Shown piece by piece: positions 14,230 to 28,605 of a DNA stretch of 64,000 nt; positions within the stretch are counted from its first letter, which is position 1; the number at the start of each line of letters is the position of its first letter. Where the stretch lies: NCBI GenBank assembly GCA_951406725.2, contig OX597818.1, positions 31,124,001 to 31,188,000 on the forward strand, in the 5' to 3' direction. This DNA comes from Octopus vulgaris (taxonomy: Eukaryota). The notes beneath the pieces are model-generated. The model saw only the letters and a list, made by a program, of their open reading frames with translations, was not told the DNA's origin and did not search any database. Position numbers and translations under genes: made by a program.

Positions 14230-15482
14230 TCAGGTCATCCCATAAGTTCTGTCCGATTTTAGCTTTTTTAAAATTGAATGAAATTTAATAGTATTTTAGA
14301 ATGTCTAATGGAATAAAAAATTATTTTTATGCATCGGTGTACATTTAAACCAAATAAATATCATTTTACGGAATAATAGAATTAAAACTTTATTGATTAA
14401 AGCCATTTCTAACATGGAAGTATCCAAAGAGCATTTAAGGCACATAATGCTTTATGAGTACAAAAAAGGAAACTCTGCAGCCGAAGCAACTCGAAACATA
14501 CACTGAGTTTATGGGGAAAGAATGCTTGCATGAAAGAACTTGCAGAAGATGGTTTGCAAAATTCAGATGTGGAGATGTTTCCGCTATAGATGCAATGCAT
14601 AGATGAAGATGAAGATTGAACAGGACGTCCAGTTGAGTTTGATGATAAACTCCTTGAGGCATTACTTGAAGAAAATCTTGTATTATCAGTTGAAGAATTG
14701 GCAATAAAGCTTAGTTCAAACGAAAGATTCCTAAACTTGGAAAATGTTTGTCTCATGAATTGTCCTAAAGCAACCGCAAATCCCGAGTTCACATCTGCTC
14801 TTCTCTCCATTTTCGCGAACTCATTTCACCCTTTTTGGATAGAAAAAGGGATCTATCGAAATGTTAAATGTCGTAAACAGTGGCTTGGTAAAAGGGAAAA
14901 AGCTCAACCACAACCGAGAAGGGAACTTCATGCGAAAAAGGTTATTCTCTCTATCTAGTGGGATTGTAAAAGAGTAATTCACTTTGAATTGTTACCATCT
15001 AATACAACAATCAATGCTCAAGTCTACTGTCAGCAATTAGAGAGTTTGAACGAAGCTTTGACATAAAAAAGACCCACTTTAGTGAATCGAAATGGAGTGA
15101 TGTTTCATCAGGACAATGCGCGACCCCACACATCAAAGATCACATCACAGAAGATCGAAGAACTTGGTTGGGAAAAATTCCTCATCCACCTTATTCTCCC
15201 GACCTTGCTCCTTCAGGTTAGCATTTGTTTCGTAGTTTACAGAATCATTTGGGGGACATAACTTTCGCAAGCCAGGAGGATGTTGAAACTGACATTTCAG
15301 AGTTCTTCGCTTTGAAACCAGAAGAGTTTTACATTGATGGCATTAAAAAGGTTGTAAATAGATGGAAGGAAGTCAAAGATAAGCAGGGAAAGTACATTGA
15401 GGATTAAATTTCAATTAAATATAACATTTGATCACCTGTTTTCTTTATTCAAAATTCGGACAGAACTTATGGGATGACCTGA
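14230..15482 (+). mobile_element. Full-length decayed mariner DNA transposon
   Basis: ~31-bp TIRs TCAGGTCATCCCATAAGTTCTGTCCGATTTT / AAAATTCGGACAGAACTTATGGGATGACCTGA, TA TSD at 14228-14229 and 15483-15484, length ~1.25 kb. Confidence 0.95.
14414..15407 (+). pseudogene. Mariner transposase pseudogene
   Basis: MEVSKEHLRHIMLYEYKKGNSAAEATRNI start, HQDNARPH and HPPYSPDLAPS motifs; multiple stops, frameshifts and deletions, one removing the first catalytic D region. Confidence 0.9.
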
Positions 15483-15967
15483 TACATATTAGCCATGATG
15501 CGTTATATCTTCATGCATGTATATGCAGTACATTATCTTCAGAACTGTAAATGACAAATGCATTTGGTATTTTCCCTTCTAAAAACGATGCTTTAGTGCA
15601 GGATAATATACGTAATAAGTATTTTTAGTCACTTGAAATTAAACTCATAATGAGAGGAAAAGTGATTAATGTTAGTGTTTGATCAACTGTAACCTTGTAA
15701 AATAAAATGTATCCTCTCAATGACGTTGCATGATCTGCTATTACGTGCTGGATTTCGCCGCGAAAGCGTATTAAGTCTTAAACAGGCTGTGTTATCAGCA
15801 TACTTACCAAAATTTAGCTTCACTCTTCTCCTGCATGTCACTATTAAATTTTTGACCGAAATATATTTCGATATCTTTGTCCTTGCCTACTTAAATATAT
15901 TGTCATTAGTGACATTTGGGTGCTTTCATTTTTGTTAATAAAAATTCTTTTTCGTTTACTATATAAA

Positions 15968-15998
<31 letters not shown>

Positions 15999-16036
15999 CA
16001 TATACATATATGTATACATATATATATGTATATATA

Positions 16037-16072
<36 letters not shown>

Positions 16073-16098
16073 TGTATGTATGTATGTATGTATGTATG

Positions 16099-16150
<52 letters not shown>

Positions 16151-16525
16151 GAAAACAGAAAATGGAAATGGAGAAATGTTGATGAACGACAATTGACTTA
16201 CATCAATTATTATTTTTTAATTCAATACAAATAGACTGCACCCCATCTAACAGCTGTTTCTGCTTCAAATGTTGTATGGAATTGCCATTGATATACTAAA
16301 AAAGATTTATCAAATTAGATAAGAAAGCCGATCTGAAACATGGAGCTCCGTCAGATCAGTTTTATTACCAAATATGGTAAATCTTTTTTAGCAGATCAAT
16401 GCCAATAACATACAACATTGAAGCAGAAACAGCTGCTAGATGGGATGCAGTCTACATTGAATTAATAAATAATAACTGATGTAAGTCAATTGTTGTTCAT
16501 CAATATTTCTCCGTTTTCTGTTTTC
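16151..16525. repeat. Imperfect palindrome with ~180-bp arms next to (TA)n; probable Penelope-like inverted remnant
   Basis: Arms 16151-16336 and 16351-16525 are reverse complements; both carry the GAAACAGCTG motif. Confidence 0.75.
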
Positions 16526-16920
16526 ATTAAATTCTGTTTCTTGATAAACTCATGTTTATCCTTGTCTTTACCCATAATTTTTTAGTATAATATGCATGCA
16601 TATGTATGCCCGTGGTTAAACATAGGTAATATACCGGTAGTATAATGGATATTTTTATTCTTTAGACGGTTATTTTAACATCCAACTCGGCTAACCTTAT
16701 ATAGATATATATCGTTATATATATCAACATATGATAGATCATATAATCTGTATTTTTATCTTATTGTTGTAGTAATGATGAATAATAAACAGTTTGATTG
16801 ACTGTACATGCTGAAGAATTATGCAATTAATAAAATGTAATTAATATAATATAATATAAAATATATATACATATATAAGTAATATATATTTATAATATAT
16901 ATTTATATGAGTAATATATA

Positions 16921-17333
16921 TCTTTTATCTTTTACTTGTTTTAGTCATTAGTCTGCGGTCATGCTGGGGCACCACCCTGAACAATTTCTTTTTAGTCAAA
17001 TTAATTAACCCCAGTACTTATTTTTATGTTAGGCATCGTAGTAATTCTAACGGTATCCTTTGCCGAACTGCTACATTACGGGGACATAAACAGGTTAACA
17101 GCAGTTGTCAAGCGGTGGTGGAAGACAAACGAAGTCACAAAGATACACACACACACACACGCAAGCACGCGCATATATACATATATATGTCAGGTTTCTT
17201 TCAGTTTCCGCTTACTAAATCCATTCACAAGGCTTTGGGCTTTGGTCAGCCCGACGCCATAGTAGAAGACACTTGCTCTAGGTGCCTTGCAGTAGGATTG
17301 ATTCATGTGGTTCGGAAGGAAGCTTCTTACCAC
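16921..17333 (-). mobile_element. SINE family B
   Basis: Reverse complement of the family B head, body and tail. Confidence 0.8.
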
Positions 17334-17467
17334 AAATAAATAATGTGTATACATATAAGTGGGTGTGTGCGCGCTGTGTGCATGTATATGTGTGTGAGTA
17401 TGTGTGTATATGTGTGTGAGTATGTGTGTATATGTGTGTGAGTATGTGTGTATATGTGTGTATACAC

Positions 17468-17524
<57 letters not shown>

Positions 17525-17802
17525 GAAATACACACAGATGGTTAGGAAATTTGTTTTGCAGCCATGACCCCGTGTTTGATCCCACTGCAGGGCATCTTAA
17601 GAAACTTTCATTTTCTTCAACCATGAATCGAAGGTGAATGGAACTGGAAAGAAGGAAACGGTATAAAAAGTCAGTCGGGAGGAATGTGATTCAAACAGTA
17701 CAGCTTTGTTACGTATTGTGTCTCAGTATGAGAAGTAAGTTAAGAGTACACGTGTCAGTGGAATAGCCAGCCGCTTACACGTTAACACGTTAATTCAGTT
17801 GA

Positions 17803-18067
17803 TAATTTTATAAAATTATAAAATTATAACAAGGGTAACAACCGAGTAATGCCACATGTTACGAAAAGATGTCAAATGGCTCTAAAACTACTTTATTTAT
17901 TACATAGACACAAGCTGAAAGCGAGGGAATGGCCAAAAAAGAAATCTTTGTTGTTCATTGATGCGATAAATAAAGTAGTTTTAGAGCCATTTGGCGTCTT
18001 TTTCTAGCGTGTGGAATTACTCGGTAGTTGCCCTTATTATAATTTTATAATTATATTTATAAAATTA
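17803..18067. repeat. Inverted repeat with ~100-bp arms and a ~65-bp spacer
   Basis: CAAATGGCTCTAAAACTACTTTATTTAT pairs with ATAAATAAAGTAGTTTTAGAGCCATTTG, and pairing continues outward. Confidence 0.8.
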
Positions 18068-18183
18068 AATACTTTGCATTAATTTTTACCTAAATTGGTT
18101 TTTATATGCTAGCTGCTTCATAAAATCCTTTATAGGTTTTATCATTGATTATAATTCATATATATATATATATATATATATAA

Positions 18184-18271
<88 letters not shown>

Positions 18272-18277
<6 letters not shown>

Positions 18278-18323
18278 CAAAATAAGCAACAAGAATAACT
18301 CCTTGTTGCTTATTTTGATTATA
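18272..18323. repeat. Perfect 22-bp hairpin abutting (TA)n
   Basis: TATAATCAAAATAAGCAACAAG / CTTGTTGCTTATTTTGATTATA with an 8-nt loop. Confidence 0.9.
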
Positions 18324-18570
18324 ATCACCCCATGGATTTATATGGATAACGCCATACAGAATTCTGGTGCATCTAACTTAAGTACCATATTCATTTGAAT
18401 CTAAATTTTGCTGAACTTATATATATATATATATCTGATGAGATCAAGATGTTCTCCGAATAGAAGATGTTTAGTAGCGCTCAAAAGATTCAAACTGAGA
18501 CACCGATGTTTTTGCAGAGGATCATTCCGCAAAGTAAAGAAAGACTATAAGAGGGATTATATTGAGCGGG

Positions 18571-18792
18571 TATATAAGCAATTATGGGGATAAGCAAATT
18601 AAATACATCAGATACGTTAAATATATTAGGTACGTCAAATACAAAATATGTATATATGTATATATGGAAAACGAAGTTTCCATCTTTTGCTTCTTGGGTT
18701 TGTCATGTATACATATATACATATTTTTTTATCTCGTGTACTTACTATATTTAATATATATTATGTGTCCAATTTTCTTATCCCTACAATTG

Positions 18793-18848
<56 letters not shown>

Positions 18849-18869
18849 CAATTGTAGGGATAAGAAAAA
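18571..18869. repeat. Linked inverted repeats around a (TA)n tract
   Basis: Terminus TATATAAGCAATT(A/G)T(G/A)GGGATAAG occurs forward at 18571, reverse at 18772-18800 and forward at 18841-18869. Confidence 0.75.
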
Positions 18870-19625
18870 GCATAGTCTTTACCTAGTCTTTCTTATCCGC
18901 CGTAAACGTGCGTATACATACATACATACATACATACATACATACATACATACATACATACATACACATACATACATACATACATACATACATACATACA
19001 TACATACATACATACATACATACATACGTACGTACATACATACATACATACATACTTACATACACACATACATACATACAAATGTATATATATATTTATA
19101 TGTATACATACGCATCATGAATGACACTGCAAGCCATGTTTTTAAAACCTCTAATTGAATGCGACAAAGATTACAAAGAGAAATGGATATTGTTAATGAA
19201 TAGACACCAACCATTTTTATTTTACTATCTGTAAGCTTGTAATTACTCTGATATCTTTCCAAACAGCAATAATTGCATAAATATGATAGACTATCACTCA
19301 ACTATGGATTGAAAATATGTTTTGGTTATGGCTCGCCAAGGGCCTTCACTGCACGAGGAAGCATTGCTGAAATAAGGAACTTCTTTTAAGTTTTAAGTAC
19401 ACAGCTAATTTTCTGATTATCATATCAAGTCGTTGAGTTTATTTGAGGCTTATTGTATTTATTTATAAAGTTTCAGGCATTAGGTGCAACTTAAAAGTCA
19501 AATACAGATTCAATGTAATGTTTACATTTGTCTTGTTATTTTTTTGTATTGTCTGTGCAACGAATTTCAGAGCAAGAGCGAAAGAAGATAAGAAAAAAAA
19601 GACGTTTTATAAAACAGACTTTAGA

Positions 19626-19673
<48 letters not shown>

Positions 19674-19731
19674 TGAGAGAGAGAGAATGTGTGAGCGTGT
19701 GTGTGTTTGTATGTATGTATGTATCTGTCTG

Positions 19732-19806
<75 letters not shown>

Positions 19807-19952
19807 GTCTATCTATCTATTTGTCGGTTTATCTGTCTGTCTATATATATACTTTATACCTTCAAATCATATATATGCGTGTGTACACTTACAAATTCAT
19901 AGCTGTATATTCATACTCAGATAAACTCAGTTACATGCATATACGCATATAT

Positions 19953-19993
<41 letters not shown>

Positions 19994-20015
19994 TGTATGT
20001 ACACATGCATGAATT

Positions 20016-20222
<207 letters not shown>

Positions 20223-20228
20223 GCCTGC

Positions 20229-20319
<91 letters not shown>

Positions 20320-21899
20320 CATGTTCATGCATACATCAACAACTTAGGCACACAACCAGCCGTACATAGAAAAATATACACTTAAACATTAGAAATATCG
20401 TTTATGCACCTCTTTGATTCCAAAGTTTGTACGGAAATTACATTAATGTTATAACTGTAAATCTATGAAATTTTGTGTTGCTCTTTATTTATTTTTTATA
20501 TTTCACCAATCCAATATAACGGTGGCTGAGGCGGAAGTGAGGATCATTCTGTACCCGTCAGAGACCCGGTTTAGGACACCCTGTGTTATAACGCAGAACA
20601 CTCGTGGAGACAACTTCCGACATGATATTCCATTTTTTTCTTTCATTCATTCTTTGTTTTTGGCATAACCAGTAAAAAAAAGAGGTAAAATAAAAATAAA
20701 CAAAAAGCAAGTAATAAAAATATTTAAAAAAACCCACCAAAACATTTGAACTTCCGACATTTTGTATAGGAAGTTCAGATACTTAGAATGATAAAGATAA
20801 AAAAAATGGAAGAACGAAAAGAAACCTAAACTAAATATATAAAAGAAGAAAAATCACCATCAAACAAATATTGGTTGTTATATTCACCTATTTCCGGGCG
20901 CCACACAAACGATATGAATACCTGATGTCGGAAGAGTGTGGAGAAAAACTCCCGGTGAGATGGGGTACACGACCTCATTTCCATCCCCCAATTGCTGCTA
21001 TTTGTTTTTCGATTTCAGTAGCATTTTCATTTTTTTATTCTTTTACTATTATTTTACTGGCTTCATCCACTGGAACTGGCCCTGCTGGGGCACCGCCTTC
21101 AAGTGGTTCTTGTTTGATTATATAAACGCAACTACTTTGTCTAATACTAGTATTATTGACATCGAGGTAGGGAACGTAAACAAAACGATTCTAAATATTT
21201 TACTATATTACGCACTTCGAAACGCCTTTCCTATATACATACATGCACATTCATGCGTGTATATATATATATATGTATGTATGTATGTGTGTATGTATGT
21301 ATGTGTGTATGTATGTATGTATGTATGTGTCTATTTGGGTCGAACAAAGCTGTGTTAGTAAAATTTAGTGGTCGAGAGTTGTACGGAATCCTGTCAAAAA
21401 TATATTTGTGCGTATATGTATATATGTGTATGCGTATACACACACTCGCAAACACACACACACACACACACACACTTCTGACCGGATTCCGTATAAATCC
21501 TGAGCACTGAATTTTACTTACAGAGCTTCGTTCGACCCGAAGCTATTTTAAAATTCCTATTCCATTACCAAGGTAACATTCTGTAGAATTGAACCTTAAC
21601 CCACCTAATTTCTTTTAAAATCTTTGAAGAACAAATGAACATTAAATTCATTTTCCTCTCTTCTGTTTTTCCTTGTCTTGTGCTTATATAAAAAATCATT
21701 ACGTAATTTCTCTCTTGAAATATATGAATACTTTACGATTTATCATACTTTCAGTGGTGATTATTTCTTTTACAAATATCTGAAGTTCATTTACAGGATA
21801 CTCTCCTAACAAGAATAAGAATCATGTTTTATACTCTGAAAACAATTATTGGTTTCTTATTGAAGTACAATACGAGAACTGTGTGAGTATGTTATCACC

Positions 21900-22450
21900 A
21901 GCAATATATTCATGAACAAGAGACTCCATAACTGAATTTTACATTTTTGAAAATACAATTCCATCACCAGTGGTGAACATCCTTTGAATTCCTCTTACTC
22001 GCTTCAGAGCCAAACAGAGAGTTCATTATCACGTTGCCAATCCTTTAATCTTGAATCTAAAAATACAGCTTGAGTCTTAGAAAAATTCAAACCATGAGCC
22101 ATATTACTGTAATCTCCTTGTGGAAGTAAATGTGGTTCACAAGAAGATATATCCTGGAATACCGAAGCTGAAATGCTTTAATTCATTCAAATAGCGAGTA
22201 ATCTTTATAACGGACGCAAATTTATTTGACCATACTCCTGGAAGATGCAATAGTGGACGGCATCACTATTTTGCGCGCAAGCTGAAAATAACGATGTTTT
22301 CGTCAATTCATAAAATCATGTGGTTGCACGCTTTTGCCTCTTCCCGGACATTAGTTAAACAAAATCCCATCCGGTTAAGTGTACTCTTAAGTTCAAAGTG
22401 TTAATTTCTTTTTTCCCGAAAGGCTTTAGATTTGCTTGATACCTCATCAT
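21900..22450 (-). pseudogene. Highly decayed DNA-transposase remnant, superfamily not assigned
   Basis: Hand translation EPHLLPQGDYSNMAHGLNFSKTQAVFLDSRLK and FTTGDGIVF...SVMESLVHEY resembles a widespread animal transposase block (PHL..Q.ELNDLVRDL.LSK..AELL.SRLK, F...DG.VFC.DV..VME.LG.EY) recalled from memory. Confidence 0.5.
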
Positions 22451-22560
22451 TTAAAGTAAGCTGGCTCAAGACATTGTTTGAAGTAGAGCAATGCGAATAG
22501 CTCATTTCATTGCAGAATTGCAGGGACAGATTAGGATAGTTAATTAAGCTATTTGTTTTT

Positions 22561-22955
22561 GTTTAGGTGCTGAGTTGTCAAACATTTAAACCAAATTGTT
22601 TAGGTGCTGAGTTGTCAAACATTTAAACCAAATTTTCTCAAAACAACTTGCCCGACCGTCCCATAGGCCTCCCCTTTGAGAAACACTGATTTAACCAAAA
22701 TGTGAGACACCAGCAAAAGAAGAAATAAAGATATCGATCGCAACAGCTGATGTACTTGCGCGTACAAATGCACGTTCCCACGGCTTTATCGATCGCATTC
22801 TCACCTGGAATCGATTTTGCAATTTTTCCAAGACTTATACATGCCCTGATACCGTCGGTATCTACATATCAAATTTGAGCGCAATCGGATGGAGAATGCT
22901 CGAGATCCTAGAAGATACACACACACACAGACAGAACGGATTATATATATATATA
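22561..22955 (-). mobile_element. Internally deleted copy of the Helitron-like element at 32236-32939
   Basis: Reverse complement matches ~32240-32462 and ~32782-32910 with the middle missing; 37-bp tandem duplication at its 3' end. Confidence 0.8.
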
Positions 22956-23929
22956 AACACATATCTATACGTTTATTTATTAAGGACACTAGCAGAAAGA
23001 CACCGCCCGGACAGTACTGCTGCTTGTTGTTAGAATAAGGACATACATTACACACACACACGTGCGCACGCCACATATATGTATAAAATACTTACGGTTG
23101 AGGTTGCAGATCAAGGATTGGATCTCATAGTAATTTCAGAAGTTGTTCTTAATCCTTCGCCACGTATCTGAGAGTTTCGGTTGTAAAACAAGTGAATTGT
23201 GTGTGTTTACTAAACCTTAATACAAAAATACTTACTGTTTAGAAAAGTGTGTACTATATAACTTGAAGGCATTTGTTCTAATATTTACGAAAATATATCT
23301 TAGACAAATGTGAAGCACAAAAAATAATGCTGTAAAACTGTTTACAAACAAAACGAAATTGCTTCATTTTTTACCGTGTTTTATGCGGAATAAGCTTTTT
23401 TTCTCTATCCATTAATGAATATATCGTTTGCTTCCGTTTTATGAAATATTTTAAATGTAAAAAAAGCAACAACAACAAAAACAAACATTTGTAGCAACTA
23501 TGGAGCCATTTGCTGGTAACTGAAATAACTCAGTTCAGAGAAAGACTGTTAGATGGAAGATCTAAATAACTCTAGTATGATCCTGGGCTTCGGCAAGTCT
23601 TTTATTCTTGAAATTATTATATAATCTTCACAGTTTTGCTTTCTCAAATAAGGAGAGTGATAGATGCGAATGCAAAGGTCTTTCGGCCATGTTTCTACAT
23701 ATCGCTATATAACTATCATCATCATAGTCATCATATATATATACACGTAAATGTCGAACGGCATTTAGATATGTGTGTGTGTGTGTGCATTTATATATGT
23801 GTGTATGTGTGCGCATATATATATATAAACTTTTTGTATAAGTTTTTACCGAATATGGTCCTTTTCCTACCGAAAAACTACTAGGTGAAATTTGTTGATT
23901 TTATTAAATTAATTATCTTTCACCCTATA

Positions 23930-24006
<77 letters not shown>

Positions 24007-24556
24007 CATACACACACATAAGATTAGATGCTATATTTAAATATTGTTTATGGTTGTCATCGTTTCATTTGCTACTTCCTGGGTCGTTCTCTTTGCATTA
24101 ATTGACTTCTTTGATCCAGATTGTCTTTTGATCTTCATTCATATCATTTTATCCTCCCTCGAGTTTCGAATGAGCTTTGATCTTCAATAAAGACGTTTCG
24201 TTCGATCTCTAAATATCGCTGAACGAATTTATACATTGTGTGAATATACTTCGGGTGTCTCACATACTGCTACCATGTGGGTTTTGTCGTTCTGTTCCTC
24301 TTGTATTACTGTGAAAATATCATAGAACTGGCCAATGAAAAGCGATGATAGATAATGGTGAAGAGGCATAGATTAAAAACAAATGACCATACTGAAATAC
24401 TAGCGAAGCCAACCAATGAAAACAATAACCAACGAATTGACAAATCAGATAAAGGAAACTATTTGACAGAGTCTTAATAGAACAAAACATTTAGAAACCT
24501 GCTGATTAAAACGATAACCATATACGAAAGCACGAAGCCGAACACACACACACACA

Positions 24557-24616
<60 letters not shown>

Positions 24617-24955
24617 CAAACACACACACACAACATAATGAGTGCAGCATATTTGATTATCTTTGATTTAAAAAAATTATAATATCGACTACATTGATAA
24701 TTATTTAAAAAAATCAAAACTACTAAATCTAGGGACAAAGTATATAGGAAAGCCACAGCAGTCTTGTCTTACTGCAAAATTTAAATAAATGTAATTCACA
24801 TTGGGAATTTACAGACCAGCAGGAGAGTTGTAAAAGCAATAAAACCAAACTTTTTCATAGAAGTAATCTGTGCTACTTATACATACATGCATACATACAT
24901 ACATACATACATACATACATACATGCATACATACATACACGCACATATATAGATC

Positions 24956-25025
<70 letters not shown>

Positions 25026-25103
25026 GGATACACACATATATGGATGTATGAATACAAACACACACACATACACACACACACATATATATACATTTAACCA
25101 TAC

Positions 25104-25135
<32 letters not shown>

Positions 25136-25144
25136 GTATATATA

Positions 25145-25223
<79 letters not shown>

Positions 25224-25999
25224 ACATATATACATATATATATGTGTGTGTGTGTGTGAACGGTTGAACGGCAGGTGTCTGTCTTTATGTTTTCAGAAAC
25301 AGGGATGTTGCACCTTTCTTTCGTTGCACGCAATTCCAGTTTTGCTGGGTAATTACCCATTTCCCTTCACCAACCCTCTACACATCCACATGAAATTCGT
25401 GTTTACTCGATCTTACTTTGAAAATAAAATTGCGGTTACCCGCTGTTTTGGTCGTTCTATTTCTGTACAAGAACGTTTATTTTTTTTTTAAATCCCTTCC
25501 GCATATTTTAGCATCCAATTTTAATGTAAATTTAAAATTAACTCTTAAAAAACAAATACAAGAGTTTAAAAAATCCATTAAATGAAGCAAATGAATAATT
25601 AACAAAAATAATAGCAAAAAAATTTTCTAAAGGGTTTGTAAGAATTAAAATATTATAGGATTAATGTTTAAGGCTTTTTTTTTTCGATTTTTGTAATGTT
25701 CCATCACTGGAAATTAGAAAAACAAGGCACATGGAACTTATTCACTAATCCACTTCACTGAATAGTGAGAATTCTGCTATTGACGAAATAATCATCTTAG
25801 TAAAATGAAAAACCAAAAATAAATAAAAAGAAGAAAACTACGTTATTGACGTAAAAATATAAAAATGATTGCAAAAATAATGCTCTAAAGAAATATTTTC
25901 TGTTTCTGTTGCTCCTAATATGGACGACCTAATTTTTTTTCTTATTGTCGTCTTCAGTGATTCGTTCGTTTCTTAACAGACTTTTGACCGTAAACGTTC

Positions 26000-26320
26000 C
26001 AGACACGACTAAGATAATATTACTATCCAATGTCTCCTTCCTTCTTGAAGATGGTTAGTTACGAGCTGAAGGAGATTTGGCGATCATTGCTAACAAGTCG
26101 AGCAACTACGCAAAGGTTTTGTTGTTTAAGACAAGATCAGACCTGATTGAAGATGTTCATGTCGCGGCTATTCCGTATTTTCTTTTTAGACATTGTATAT
26201 CTAGGATTAACAGTATTCAGTTGTTTTCCAACTTTTAACAGGTTAGACAATAGTGTAAGAGAAATTTGGCTGCTACTCTTAGCATGTTCAGCGACCATAT
26301 GAATCTCTGCGTTGGCTTGG
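26000..26320 (+). repeat. Two copies of an old dispersed repeat family
   Basis: Motif like GGAGATTTGGCTGCTATTTCTAGCAGGTCGAGCGACC at ~26070 and ~26260; diverged relatives near 8565, 12240, 27695(-), 29115(-), 58490, 59550 and 60395(-). Confidence 0.55.
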
Positions 26321-28320
26321 CTTGTTTCTATTGAAAGACCATAGTTATTTCCATTTATCAATATGATTTTATACGATTTTGTCTTTCCTCTATCTTTAAT
26401 ACTCTAAGGAATCAAGAGATCTAATTTATTCTTGAGGACAAAGAATTATTCTGTATACAGTTGGTCAACTTATTAGAAATAATAGTTAATTATCTCTTAA
26501 GTAATACTCAATCCAGTTAGAAAATGAAGGATGCGTTGGACAATGTAGTTTCGCATACACGGTATCACACAAAACGATTAGTTTGGTCAAGATAAGAATG
26601 CATTTAATCATTGCGTTTCCTTGATCGGAACTGATTCCAGGCTCAAGAACAACATTAATAATAACCAAACACTAATAGAAGTAAAGACAAAAATTTCTTC
26701 AAATGACACCTTGATATTATAAAAAAAAATGAAGGGTACATCAGATAACATAGCCCTTTCCTAAATAATAAACAAGACCAGTTAGTAAAGGTAGAATTTT
26801 AAAAAATCATTGGCCAGGAACGAGATTAAACAATACAGATGTATTCTCTACATTCTTCTTCCTTTTATATACAATAATAGTTTATTTTGACATAAGCTTA
26901 AGCAAAAGTAAAGTGATGTGCTACACCTCAGTACACTATTGATGGTTTGTGTATCGTCATTGCTGGGTAAAGTGTAAATTTGATTCCATTAAATAAGAAA
27001 CTGTTCCGTACAACACATCTGTCCATCCACTTCCATCATGCTCTACACTTTCTTAGGATGGATTTTGTAACATACTAAATAAGAAAAGATTGTAATCTCC
27101 TGCCACAAATCTCTTGTATTTCCTGGAAGAAGACGGCACTGCATGTGACTCCGTCCGACCACCCTATCATAGTGCAGGCTCTGAGAGAACATTCAACTCA
27201 AGTACTCGACCTAGAAACAAAAAGGCAAAATTAACTTCGGCAAGATTTGAAACCAGAATCCATTTAACTATGAAGGTTAGCGCAAGGCTCCCTAACAATT
27301 CTACTAATCGATCACTTAAAAATTATAGGGATAAAAATTAAATACTGTTGTGCTTTAATTCTTCTGCATTTCATCTTTCTTGAAGGACTAAATAGTTGAC
27401 GAGTATTTCGTTCGTTTGCAACACAGAGATTTAAGATCAAATCCCCTTATGGGATTAACTTGTAAAAATTTGGGTTTACATTTGTTGACATGCCTAGATA
27501 CATTGCATGAAGATTAAAATCTTCAGAAGTGATTATCCGCTTCTATCGATTATGGTAATCCCAGTATCCATCCATAATGACATATATACACAGGATCACA
27601 CCAATTCAAAACAAAAATACAGATATGAACACATACACAACAATTTTATCAAAATAGAACACCGGAAATCAACGAACAGAACATCTACGCAGTGGCTCGA
27701 AATGGTAGAAATCGTAGCAAAACTTCCTTCAAATTATGTATTACTTCCCCCAAGAAGGAAAGACACATCAAGCAGTGTAGTCATACTCAGACTATGACCT
27801 AAAAGCGATATGTTGGCTATGACTGGAAAACTTTTAATCATAAGTCTACACGGTGAATACTAAAAATATTCAGTCAAACACTTTCATACTCACCACCATT
27901 GCCATGTAATAATACTGGTGTGAATCTAGATATTGAGTCACGTCTCGCTGAGCCAAAATAGCAAATCAGACATTCGATTAAAATATATTTATAAATTATG
28001 CACAAGATTAAGTGACGGGGTCGTTATGATTAATTAGAACCCTTGAAGGTGGCGTTTCAAAATTGTGTGTGCTTTATTCAGTTCCATGTTGCTTCAAGTT
28101 TTGTAGGATTTTGGTAACTGTTATTGAGCCTCTTATTGAGCTTTATGTTTATCGCTTTGCACAAAAGAAACATTTTCCTAAAAGTTAGAATAAATATATT
28201 TGTAAGGTTAGTTTTCTGTCTGTCTGTCTGTCTGTCTCCCCCTCTCTCTCTCTTTCTGTCACTCTCTTGGCTATGCAATTAATGCATGTATATGTATCTA
28301 TATCTATATCTATATCTATA

Positions 28321-28444
<124 letters not shown>

Positions 28445-28516
28445 ACATATATATATATCATCCATCCATATATATATATATATATATAATATATATAAAT
28501 ATATATTGTGTGTGTG

Positions 28517-28605
<89 letters not shown>

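Noticed and set aside
18435-18465. CTGATGAG...CTCCGAAT hammerhead-like core
   Set aside because: GAAA box and stems I and III are not recoverable
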